From Planctomycetota bacterium (GTDB taxonomy: Bacteria > Planctomycetota > GCA-002687715 > DRQF01), in the NCBI GenBank assembly GCA_027001995.1, contig JALTLO010000017.1, forward strand, positions 9,905 to 73,904: a stretch of DNA of 64,000 bases, read 5' to 3'. This document shows, piece after piece, positions 39,824 through 49,220 of the stretch; within the stretch, counting starts at the first letter, position 1, and every line of letters starts with the position of its first letter. The notes under the pieces are model-generated. The model was not told the DNA's origin. It searched no databases and saw nothing but the letters and a program-made list of their open reading frames with translations. A program made the translations under genes and the position numbers.

Positions 39824-41869
39824 ATGAAAACGTCACTCTTGCTTTGGGCATTTGTCTTCAGTGGCTTCCTTTGGAGCCAGTCACCCCAAGATGGGCTCAC
39901 CCCATTCGACGTCGCCACTTTGCGAACGGTCTATCAGGTCATCCCGGCGCCTGATGGCAAGAGCGCCGTTTTCACTCGTTCCGAGCCCAGACTCGCCGGC
40001 GACCCCGCTGGCAGCAATTATGTTCATTTGTTTCAGGTTGGACTCTCCGGCGAATTCCGCCCTGAACTTTTGATCGGCGGCAAAACCCAAGTCCATGGAG
40101 TGAGCTTCTCTCCGGACGGCCAATGGATCACCCATCTTGATCGCCAAAAAAAAGATAAGTACCAGCAGATTTATCGCATCAAGGCCCAAGGAGGAAAAAG
40201 CGAACGGCTGACAAACGCGCCTTTTGGTGTCGCCTCATACAAATGGCGAGAAGATGGCAAAGCCATCGCTTTCACTGCGCGCTTACCCAAACCCCAGCAC
40301 CGCATAGACGCCAGAAAATCCGGATTCAAACCTATCTTTGTTGACGAAGGTTTATCATCGATGGCACTTTTCCTTTGCGACGAGAAAGGTCGCAACGTCA
40401 GAAGACTGACCACGAAGAATAGCGTCGTTGACTTCGTCTGGTCTCGGGACGGCAAGAAGATCGCGTTTTCTGCAGCCCCAACAAGCTCTATCGATGACCG
40501 TTACGTTGGCTGCAAACTCTACCAGCTCGATCTGGCCTCAAGTGCCGTCAAATTAGCAGCTGACAATCCAGGCAAACTCGGCAATTTCGCCATTTCCCCA
40601 GACAACAAGAAATTGTGTTGGATCGGCGCCGTGGACAAGCGAGATCCCCATGCTGGCATGTTGCACATCACCGATCTAAACAACCAGAAAACATCGCTGG
40701 TCACTCAGAAATTCTCCGGCATGGTGCATCAGATCATCTGGCGGGACAATAAGAACCTTGTTGTCGTTGCCAGTTATGGTGCGCGTACTTATGTGGGTGC
40801 ACTCGATCTTTCCAACGGTCAAATCACACCTCTGGGGGGGGGCAAGGGGCTGGCCTTCAAGCACATTGCCCTTGTGCCAGGAGATCCAAACAGCCTAGTG
40901 ACAGCCGCATCCCACGCCCGTTTCCCCGCAGAGGCTCATCGCTTTGTTATTGGGGGCCAACCCGTCCGCTTAAGCTACTCGAATGAGTGGTTGGATGATT
41001 ACGCTTTGGGGAAGCAAGAAACTCTCACCTTTCCGGCACGGGATGGTTTGCCCATCGAAGGGCTCTTGATTTATCCCCTCAACTACGACAAGACCAAACG
41101 CTACCCCCTTGTGGTCGTTGCTCATGGGGGTCCAGAATCTCACTTTTCAGAAGGCTGGAATACCTCTTACTCATCGTGGGGCCAGATGTTGGCGGCACGG
41201 GGTTATTTCGCTTGGCTCCCTAACTACCGTTCCAGTACAGGATATGGCGTGGCCTTTGCTAAGAAAGACCACGGCGACCCCATGGGTGCGGAGTTCAACG
41301 ACCATTTGGATGCAATTCAGTTCTTCGCCAAGAAGGGTCTCATTGACATCAAGCGAGTCGGTATCGGAGGGGGTTCCTATGGCGGCTACACAGCGGCATG
41401 GGCGGCAACAAAGCAGAGCAAACATTTCGCCGCGGCAGTGAGCTTTGTCCCCTTCACCCACATCAGAAGCAAATGGTACACAACGGACATTCCCAAGGAA
41501 TTCTTCCATGTTCACTACGAGGAAAAACACCCCCACGAACAGAAAGCTTTCTTGGATTCCCGAAGTCCCTTGGAATTTGCCGAGTTGTGCACCACACCCC
41601 TTCTGCTCTTGGGTGGCGACAAAGACCCCCGGGTCCATCCTTCCCAACCCTTCATGCTCTACCGAGCAGTAAAAATGGCCACGAAGACACCAACACGGCT
41701 CGTGCAATACGCCAATGAGGGCCACGGAAATCGCATCAACACCAATCGCTACGACTATGCCGTCAGAACCTTGCGTTGGTTTGATCACTATCTGAAGAAA
41801 GGGAACCACCGAACTGATCCCCTCCCTCCTCTCGATGTGGATTACTCGGGCTGGCGGGCTCAGAGGTAG
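39824..41869 (+). CDS. S9 family peptidase (beta-propeller plus alpha/beta hydrolase), exported
   Basis: HGGPE, GGSYGG, DPRV, EGHG catalytic motifs; signal peptide. Confidence 0.93.
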   Translation: MKTSLLLWAFVFSGFLWSQSPQDGLTPFDVATLRTVYQVIPAPDGKSAVFTRSEPRLAGDPAGSNYVHLFQVGLSGEFRPELLIGGKTQVHGVSFSPDGQWITHLDRQKKDKYQQIYRIKAQGGKSERLTNAPFGVASYKWREDGKAIAFTARLPKPQHRIDARKSGFKPIFVDEGLSSMALFLCDEKGRNVRRLTTKNSVVDFVWSRDGKKIAFSAAPTSSIDDRYVGCKLYQLDLASSAVKLAADNPGKLGNFAISPDNKKLCWIGAVDKRDPHAGMLHITDLNNQKTSLVTQKFSGMVHQIIWRDNKNLVVVASYGARTYVGALDLSNGQITPLGGGKGLAFKHIALVPGDPNSLVTAASHARFPAEAHRFVIGGQPVRLSYSNEWLDDYALGKQETLTFPARDGLPIEGLLIYPLNYDKTKRYPLVVVAHGGPESHFSEGWNTSYSSWGQMLAARGYFAWLPNYRSSTGYGVAFAKKDHGDPMGAEFNDHLDAIQFFAKKGLIDIKRVGIGGGSYGGYTAAWAATKQSKHFAAAVSFVPFTHIRSKWYTTDIPKEFFHVHYEEKHPHEQKAFLDSRSPLEFAELCTTPLLLLGGDKDPRVHPSQPFMLYRAVKMATKTPTRLVQYANEGHGNRINTNRYDYAVRTLRWFDHYLKKGNHRTDPLPPLDVDYSGWRAQR

Positions 41870-41903
41870 TCATGAAACAGCTCAGGCATCCACAAACAGC
41901 CAC

Positions 41904-42938
41904 CTACCAACCCATCATCGCAGCCCGAGCTTTTTCTTTGACACGGACACTCACATTCGGGTCATTCGCAAGGTTCTCTAATGCCCGTCTGGAGGCAGGG
42001 GTTTTGACGTGGCCATAGTATTTGACGGCCGCGGCATTGATCCGCGCTCTCTCACTGTCGTTACCATTATCCGCAAATCGTGCAACAGCGGCGTCAATCA
42101 AAGGTTGGGATTCTGGATTCGTAAGAACGAAAAATGATTGGGTCAGTACGTCTGCATGTTTGCTGTTTTCGTCGTTGTAGTAGTCCAAAAGCTGTTGGAC
42201 TCCATTCTTGTTTCCTTGGCGGGCCAGACCAAAAAGCGAATTCACTTTCACTCCTTCATCTTTAGTCTCAGCAACAAGCTTTTCTAAGGCTGCCCCCGCT
42301 TCTTTGTCATCCATGCGCATGAGGACTTGAGATGCCATGGCCTTCATGGTCTCATCCCCATTCTCCAATGCCATCTTCGTCAAAGGATCAATCGACTCCA
42401 CTGAGGCCATTCCCTGGAGCATCAGGACGACGCCAAGCATCTGCTCATCTCCGTCTTCTGATGCCAATAAAGCTAAAACAGCCGCCTGACCTTGAGGCCC
42501 CTCTTGAAGAAGGTCCGCCACGAGTTTCCCGATTTCATTGTTCGAAATCAGTGCACCGATGCCCTTGCCCCGGAGTTTCTTGAACCGATCTTCGATGGCC
42601 GCCATCCTCTCCTTTTTCTTCAGATCTCCCGCATCCACCCTGGCAGTCATTTCAGCATTTTCTCCTTTGACTTTCTTGAGCTCGGCGAGCAAAGCACTAT
42701 TCTCAGTCTTGGCAACACGAGCAGCGGAACGGGATTCTTGCGCATCGCCTTTGAGCGCCGCGATCGTTTTCTTGAGTCGACCAACGATTTCCATATGTTC
42801 CGCTTGGGTCATGCCGACCATTTGCTCCGAGTCCTGGGAGTCAATCCTGTCATCCGTTCCATCGGCGACAAGATTGTGGCCTCCCCAGCCGATGATGGCC
42901 CCGACGACAAGAGTCAAAATTGGTAAGCTGGCTTTCAT
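41904..42938 (-). CDS. Exported or membrane-anchored coiled-coil plus HEAT-repeat protein
   Basis: N-terminal hydrophobic segment, coiled coil, HEAT repeats (VKVNSLFGLARQG). Confidence 0.75.
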   Translation of the reverse strand: MKASLPILTLVVGAIIGWGGHNLVADGTDDRIDSQDSEQMVGMTQAEHMEIVGRLKKTIAALKGDAQESRSAARVAKTENSALLAELKKVKGENAEMTARVDAGDLKKKERMAAIEDRFKKLRGKGIGALISNNEIGKLVADLLQEGPQGQAAVLALLASEDGDEQMLGVVLMLQGMASVESIDPLTKMALENGDETMKAMASQVLMRMDDKEAGAALEKLVAETKDEGVKVNSLFGLARQGNKNGVQQLLDYYNDENSKHADVLTQSFFVLTNPESQPLIDAAVARFADNGNDSERARINAAAVKYYGHVKTPASRRALENLANDPNVSVRVKEKARAAMMGW

Positions 42939-43070
42939 GATATGGTTCTCCTCTTATGATGGATCGGCACTTGATTCGTTTTGCCAACTTCTTTGCTCTG
43001 CCATTGTCATTCCGGTGACAGAAGTCTGATATTTCTTGTACGAAGGCCGAATCTAAGATAATTACACCCA

Positions 43071-43649
43071 ATGACCACCGAGAAAAGTTTCAAGACGAGC
43101 TACACTCAGGCCCGAGAAGGCAATCAAGAGGCCCAATCCATCCTCTTAAATGGTGTGCGGGATCGCTTAATTCGATACATTGAAAAAAGAATGGGACTGG
43201 AAGCTCGGCGCAAAACAGAAGCGGAGGATGTGGCTCAATCTGCACTCTTAGACCTATTGGAGCGATTGGAACGATTCCCGAAGGACTTAAGTGAAACTGA
43301 ATTCTTGGCCTATGCTTTGCAACTGGGACGTTGGCGTCTAGCAAATCTTTTTCGCCGTCAGAGAAACGATGTCGGGGCATCTCAAATTCCGAGTCCGCCA
43401 GCAGCCCCTCATCCCAGCACTGGCATCGTGACCCGGGACGATGATCGCATCTGGACCCACAAACTCATTGCCGACCTAGATACGCTCTACTCATCGGTGT
43501 TAAACTGCTACCATATCCGCCTCATGACAGTTGCCGCAACCGCCAACCATCTTAATATCTCGGAAGCCGCTGTTAAACAACGTCTTTCTCGGGGACGTAA
43601 GTTACTCCAAGATAAGATGTCCAAAGAATGGAATCGTCGAGATAGATGA
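43071..43649 (+). CDS. ECF sigma factor
   Basis: AREGNQEA, EAEDVAQS, region 4 ISEAAVKQRLSRGRKLL; ATGA-coupled to the kinase. Confidence 0.9.
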   Translation: MTTEKSFKTSYTQAREGNQEAQSILLNGVRDRLIRYIEKRMGLEARRKTEAEDVAQSALLDLLERLERFPKDLSETEFLAYALQLGRWRLANLFRRQRNDVGASQIPSPPAAPHPSTGIVTRDDDRIWTHKLIADLDTLYSSVLNCYHIRLMTVAATANHLNISEAAVKQRLSRGRKLLQDKMSKEWNRRDR

Positions 43650-45748
43650 CTGAAAAACATGATCAAATCAAAGAGCAGTTCCAACGACTATTCTTGGCGG
43701 AATTGGAAGCGGGAACTCAAAGGGAATTAGAAGACTATCAGCGGCTTTTCGACGGTCACCATGATTTGATCGAGGAACTCTATCTGCGCATGAATCTGGA
43801 TGCTTCCGACCCCTCTACAGGGGAAAGCTGCAACATCCCAGGTATGATTTTTAGGATCGCAGAAACAGGAGACACAGTTGGGCGCTATCTCTTGGGGCCT
43901 GAAATTGGCAGAGGGGGCCAAGCTGTTGTTTTTTCAGCTAAAGATCAGAAGCTCGATCGTACTGTGGCTATCAAGATACTGACACGAGTCGACTTGGGCA
44001 GTGAGTCCACCCTTCGTCGCTTTCAACGAGAGGCTGAATTGTGTTCCAAGCTCAATCACCCGAGTATCTGCACTGTCTTTGAATCCGACATTCATGACGG
44101 CATGCCCTACATCGCCATGGAACTGATTGAAGGCACCTCAATCGCCAACCAAATCGAAACCCAGCGCACCAGAGGAGCTACAGAGTCATTCGAAAATTCG
44201 GAAGAAGAGAATGAGTCTCCGAACGAAGAGATCTTTTTTCCATCAATTATAGCGGATGAAAGTCCACGTGAGCTCGCCGCCACAACTGCGGGCAAAATCG
44301 TCAACACAGTCCTGCCAAACAAAGAGGCGCTTCGTTCGATTCTTAGAACATTCGAAAGAACAGCCTTGGCACTCCACGAAGCCCATACCGCTGGCATTAT
44401 TCACCGAGACATCAAACCAGGAAACGTCATGGTGCGAAAAAATGGAGAACCTGTCATTCTTGATTTTGGATTGGCCCACGACGAACAGTCCGAACGCATG
44501 GATCTCACCCAGACTGGCGACTTCTTCGGAACGCCGGCTTACATGTCGCCGGAACAATTATCCGCCCATCGAATTCGCCTTGATCACCGTACGGACATTT
44601 TCTCCTTGGCTGTCAGCCTCTATGAAGCGATTACATTGCAACGACCCTTCGCTGCACCTACAAGAGAAGAGATCTATCAGGCCATCCTGACGAAGGAGCC
44701 CGAGGACCTACGAAAACTCAACAAAGACGCCCCCAAAGACATCGCAACTGTTGTTTCCAAGGCAATGGAGAAAGATAGGGATCGACGCTACGCCACATCC
44801 TTAGAATTTGCTGAGGACATCTCCCGGGTACTCAAGATGCACCCCATTCACGCCCGTCCTGCCAGTGTTGCAGTCAAGTTGACCAGATGGACCCAAAGAA
44901 ACCGCACTCTGGCCATCTTTGCCTTCGCCCTCCCCGTCGTCGGACTCCTCAGCGTCCTCGCTACAGATGAAGTGCAACGAAGAACAGAGCAAACACGATC
45001 CGCCGCCGAATTCCAGCAACGATGGCGGGACTTCCAATCATCCTTTGATCGTTTTGTTGAGATTCAAGACAACTCCGCCCTAGGGCTTATTCTTCAGGAT
45101 CGTTCCCTCAGTCAAATAACCAAAGAAATCGATTTTTTCGGAGCAGTGGCCAAGAGTTGGATTCGCCAGAAATTGGAAGACGAGAATGATGGCGTCCGTT
45201 TAGCAGCCATCCGCATTCTGATGCAAGTGGGAGACGAGGCATCTGCACAATCTCTTACCGATCACTGCCTCAACGATTCGAGTAAGCTCATTAGAATCTG
45301 GTGTTCCCAAGCACTTTTCCGAATCCCTGACGACAATGTGGTACCTTTCTTGCGGCAAGTCCTTGAAGAGACAGAAGACGGTGCCTGTCGTGTAAACGCC
45401 CTTTTCGGACTAGCGGCATTTCGGACTGCCGACGCCGCTGAATTGGCTCTATTATTCTTCCGAAATAAGGAAAATCCAGAAGCATTGCGCTACGTTATGG
45501 CTCAAAATGTCCTCTTAGTAGGAATGCCGGCCATGAGAACCATGGCAGAAGAATTTGAATCCACCCTACGGACAAATGATCTTCAAGGCTGGGGGACCAT
45601 CTTGGAATACTACAAACATCAATCCAAAGACATAGCCTTGCCAAAGTTGGAGAACATCGCAGGCAAGGAGACACTTCTCAAAGACATTCAGCTTCAAGCC
45701 CAAAAAATGTTGGATGAGACCAAAAAGACCAATGTGGACGAGAATTGA
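43646..45748 (+). CDS. Membrane Hanks-type Ser/Thr kinase with C-terminal HEAT domain
   Basis: GRGGQAVV, VAIK, HRDIKPGN, DFG, GTPAYMSPEQ; TM TLAIFAFALPVVGLLSVLA; HEAT repeats after the TM. Confidence 0.93.
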   Translation: MTEKHDQIKEQFQRLFLAELEAGTQRELEDYQRLFDGHHDLIEELYLRMNLDASDPSTGESCNIPGMIFRIAETGDTVGRYLLGPEIGRGGQAVVFSAKDQKLDRTVAIKILTRVDLGSESTLRRFQREAELCSKLNHPSICTVFESDIHDGMPYIAMELIEGTSIANQIETQRTRGATESFENSEEENESPNEEIFFPSIIADESPRELAATTAGKIVNTVLPNKEALRSILRTFERTALALHEAHTAGIIHRDIKPGNVMVRKNGEPVILDFGLAHDEQSERMDLTQTGDFFGTPAYMSPEQLSAHRIRLDHRTDIFSLAVSLYEAITLQRPFAAPTREEIYQAILTKEPEDLRKLNKDAPKDIATVVSKAMEKDRDRRYATSLEFAEDISRVLKMHPIHARPASVAVKLTRWTQRNRTLAIFAFALPVVGLLSVLATDEVQRRTEQTRSAAEFQQRWRDFQSSFDRFVEIQDNSALGLILQDRSLSQITKEIDFFGAVAKSWIRQKLEDENDGVRLAAIRILMQVGDEASAQSLTDHCLNDSSKLIRIWCSQALFRIPDDNVVPFLRQVLEETEDGACRVNALFGLAAFRTADAAELALLFFRNKENPEALRYVMAQNVLLVGMPAMRTMAEEFESTLRTNDLQGWGTILEYYKHQSKDIALPKLENIAGKETLLKDIQLQAQKMLDETKKTNVDEN

Positions 45749-45780
45749 ATTTTTGACTATCTGAAATAGGCCGAAAGAAA

Positions 45781-46020
45781 ATGACCGACGGAATACCAAG
45801 AAAATACGACGCCCTCATCCGTGTAAGAAAAGAACTAACTCAGTGCTCTGAATGTGGCAAAACCTATACCACCGTGAATGCAAATAGCCACAAGACGAGC
45901 ACTGAAGAAGAAAGCGTACGATTCTATTTTCAGTTTATCCACGAAGACGAAAGTGAATGCATTGGACAAGTCATGGCGGTGGATTTCAACAATTGGATAA
46001 AGGAAAAGTTGGGGCAATAG
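45781..46020 (+). CDS. Small hypothetical protein with CxxC (79 aa)
   Basis: ATG ORF directly after the kinase; CSEC...H...C; AT-richer than its neighbours. Confidence 0.5.
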   Translation: MTDGIPRKYDALIRVRKELTQCSECGKTYTTVNANSHKTSTEEESVRFYFQFIHEDESECIGQVMAVDFNNWIKEKLGQ

Positions 46021-46138
46021 AGACACGAACAGACAGGCGAAACCGCTTACCCAGCCTTCAAATCGAATCGGGCCCCTCGCTTCCCCCATCAAGAAAGGGA
46101 AGGAAGGGTTGCGGTTGCCATAGGAAAACACAGCCAGC

Positions 46139-46627
46139 TTAGATCCGTCGCGTGTAGTCCATTTCGAAGGACTTGACCTCCCCATGCTCCGTGGTCATGT
46201 ACATGCGCAACTTGTGGTGATTGTCGTCAACGAATTCATGCTCAACTCGTTGTGGGATCAATTCGCCATCCGCTGGGTTTGGGCCTTCACCTTTCAAGTC
46301 AAGGGTCTTGGTCGCTTCATCATATTGACCTTTGAGAGTAAACATGAAAGTCGACATAGAGTCGATCCATGTACTGATGAAACAGCCTTCCTTTGGTAAA
46401 TAACCAAGTTGACCAGATCCGGCGAAAGGCATGCCCATGAAATCCGCTTCGAAACGGCCTACAGTCCAGAATTGACCAATGGCGCTAATGGTATCCACCC
46501 CTTCGCTCTCCAGTGGCGGCTGGTCTGGGCCCATAAAGAAACGACATTTGACATCCCACACCCCCGCATTCTTCACAATCATCTCGTGTTCTTGGCTGGG
46601 TTCCGGCATCGCGCATTCTTGATTCAT
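46139..46627 (-). CDS. DUF1579 family protein
   Basis: PEPSQEH...GVWDV, FMGMPFAG, STWIDSMST, MDYTR. Confidence 0.85.
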   Translation of the reverse strand: MNQECAMPEPSQEHEMIVKNAGVWDVKCRFFMGPDQPPLESEGVDTISAIGQFWTVGRFEADFMGMPFAGSGQLGYLPKEGCFISTWIDSMSTFMFTLKGQYDEATKTLDLKGEGPNPADGELIPQRVEHEFVDDNHHKLRMYMTTEHGEVKSFEMDYTRRI

Positions 46628-46904
46628 TCTAATCGTCCTTATCGAATCACTGCAAACTGAGGCACAACAACTGCTTACCCCTTCCTTTCGAGGCTAATCC
46701 CTGACTCGGCTATTAGCAAGAAATCGAATCACCACGAACAAAATCTCCCCACCGACAGGCCTCCTTCCTTCAAAATCATCCAAGAAAGGGAGAAAATAGC
46801 CGCGAAAACACGGGCGTCAGAAGCTCTTTGCACGGAATCAAAACAACTTACGAGTAAAAAACGCACACCTCATGAGTACAAAACGACATTGTTAGAAATG
46901 TTCC

Positions 46905-46933
46905 TTGCAGGATTCCCAGCAAGAATTTAGGGT
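46905..46933 (+). promoter_or_regulatory. Putative sigma70-like promoter of the two MAM-domain genes
   Basis: TTGCAG-N17-TAGGGT, preceded by a 12-bp direct repeat. Confidence 0.4.
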
Positions 46934-47039
46934 CTGGATGTGCGTTTGTCCGCAAATGACAAGTCAAGATCGCTCAGGCCGTGCCTAAGAAGCAGACCCC
47001 AACACATGTGAGCGACGTATTTCGAAAAGGTGAACACCC

Positions 47040-49175
47040 ATGCAAATCAGGCTCCGCGAGGCAGTTAGGCTTACACTCCTATTCTGCGCATTCCAAGTTG
47101 CGCTTCAGGCTCAACGCCCAGAAATTCTCTATCTACGTTTCAGTGAAACAAGCGGGTCGGTCACAGCAGACCGTGCTTTCCCTGGCCTTCCTGGCGTTTC
47201 GCCAACCATCCAGAATGGTGCTGCCTTCAACACGAACACAAATAGCACTGGTGGCGTTGTTTTGGGGCCAGCGTGTCTTAAGACAGCAAATACCACGGCG
47301 GATCCCTGCGTCATTAACACTGCCTTCTCCGTCACCGGTGATTGGACGATCGAGTTTTGGATCATTGACACAGAATCGTCTCCTAGCACGACGCGCTACG
47401 TCTTTGGCGACCCAACAATTTCGAACTTCAGGTGCTACCGCGATCCCTCTGGCCCCAACTCCACTCTCACATTGGAGGGAGCTGGCATAAAGAAAGTCGC
47501 AATTACCACAGCGGTTCAGTTTGCAACTTGGAAGCACGTAGCGTTGGTTCACGACTCCCGGGCCTTGACGATCACGCCTTATGTAGATGGAATCGTACGT
47601 CCACCCGTCACGCAGCCTGCCCCTATCGACTTGGTAGGAAGCGGCACGACTGGTCTGATCATCGGCGGTTTCGGTCCTGGCAATGCTACTTGGCGTGGGC
47701 GCATTGACGAATTCCGCGTTTGGGACCGAACTCTTTCAAGCTTAGAAATTGGAGCGCAAGCTCTGGGTCATCTCAATCTCGTAACGGACGACATCGCCTG
47801 TTCCTCGATCACAAGCCCAGTCACCCGCCCGACTAATTGCAAGACACTTTCGGCGTCTGAAACAATCAGCATCGCAATCTCCAACACGGGCACAAATCCC
47901 ATTGCCGCTGGAACCGTTATTCCCGTGGAAGTCCGGGTCAACACTGTCTTGGTGCTGTCTGACATGATCACCACGACGCAAATTCTCAACACGGGCGACT
48001 CCGAAGTGCTGAGCATTCCCACGCCAGTGGATCTCTCTATGACCCCCGCCTTGACCATGACGGTCACAACGATGTTCCCTGGAGATGTCGTCAACCTCAA
48101 TAACACCGCAACCCGAGTTCTGGTGACTAATGAGGTACCTATCGCAGCGTTTCCTTATGTGGAAGATTTCTCTGGGATCGCTTCAAATCAAAGTATTCTA
48201 CCACCGGCAGGCTGGGTCCAAGATCCAGATGACTCTTCTGGTCCCGATTCCGAATGGATTTTCACCAATCAAGCCACACCCACTGTGGGAACTGGCCCCA
48301 TGGCAGACTTTTCAACGGGTCTCACCGGAGGCACAGGCTATTACGCTTATGTGGAAGATGCTGGCAATCACAGTGCCGTCAACTTAGTTACAAGATGTTT
48401 TGACTTCACCAATACATCCAATCCCAGTCTCAAATTCTGGCTCTATAGTGCAAATGCGAACGGCACCGGAGGAGCCAACGAGAACTTCCTTTCAGTGGAT
48501 GTTATCACCTCACCAGGTGGTGCCATTACTTTGGATGTATTGCCACAAACCGGGCATGTCGGCTCCTTGTGGCAACCCTATGTTGTCAACTTAGGGGCCT
48601 TCAATGGTTCCTTGTGCCGTCTCGTATTCCGAGGCCGGAGCGACGGTGGAGGTGACACACATGACCTTGCCATCGACGACATTACCATCTTCGATTTCGT
48701 ACCAGGTATTGGCCAAGCTCCTCAGCCAGGAGTTGCCGTTATGGACATCAATAACGCCATAAGCCCAGGTTTGGCCGCTGTCTCTTCTGGTGACAAGGGC
48801 CCTTACACCAGCAATGTGGATGTCGGTGATTTGTTGACGTTTGATTTTTCAGGCGAACCAAATCAAACAATCATCCTTCTCTTGGGCACCAAGAACCCCA
48901 ATGCCGCGATCTTCCCTGTTGTTGGTAGCATTGACATTGGTGGCCCCATTGATCCCATGAGTATGCTTCCTACGGGAGTCGTCATCTTCGCAGATGGCTC
49001 GGTTCCTTCGGGCTTCAATCCGTTCTTCAATACTACATCTGCAGGAACCGCCAACGTGTTCTTCACTATGCCCCCTGTGCCACCTGGAATTTTGACGACA
49101 TTCCAAGCAGCACTTTTGAACTCAACTCCTTCGGGAGTCGGCATGACGAACGCGATTGAAGTGACTGTCAACTAA
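47040..49175 (+). CDS. Secreted LamG-like + CARDB/Ig-like + MAM-like protein with conserved C-terminal domain
   Basis: Signal peptide; LamG motifs WTIEFW, WKHVALV, GRIDEFRVWDR; Ig-like SNTGT...NNT; MAM-like TPTVGTGP...DLAIDDI. Confidence 0.8.
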   Translation: MQIRLREAVRLTLLFCAFQVALQAQRPEILYLRFSETSGSVTADRAFPGLPGVSPTIQNGAAFNTNTNSTGGVVLGPACLKTANTTADPCVINTAFSVTGDWTIEFWIIDTESSPSTTRYVFGDPTISNFRCYRDPSGPNSTLTLEGAGIKKVAITTAVQFATWKHVALVHDSRALTITPYVDGIVRPPVTQPAPIDLVGSGTTGLIIGGFGPGNATWRGRIDEFRVWDRTLSSLEIGAQALGHLNLVTDDIACSSITSPVTRPTNCKTLSASETISIAISNTGTNPIAAGTVIPVEVRVNTVLVLSDMITTTQILNTGDSEVLSIPTPVDLSMTPALTMTVTTMFPGDVVNLNNTATRVLVTNEVPIAAFPYVEDFSGIASNQSILPPAGWVQDPDDSSGPDSEWIFTNQATPTVGTGPMADFSTGLTGGTGYYAYVEDAGNHSAVNLVTRCFDFTNTSNPSLKFWLYSANANGTGGANENFLSVDVITSPGGAITLDVLPQTGHVGSLWQPYVVNLGAFNGSLCRLVFRGRSDGGGDTHDLAIDDITIFDFVPGIGQAPQPGVAVMDINNAISPGLAAVSSGDKGPYTSNVDVGDLLTFDFSGEPNQTIILLLGTKNPNAAIFPVVGSIDIGGPIDPMSMLPTGVVIFADGSVPSGFNPFFNTTSAGTANVFFTMPPVPPGILTTFQAALLNSTPSGVGMTNAIEVTVN

Positions 49176-49220
49176 GGATTCGTCACAAGAAACCTTGTTG
49201 ACCACAAAGGAGAAAACAAA

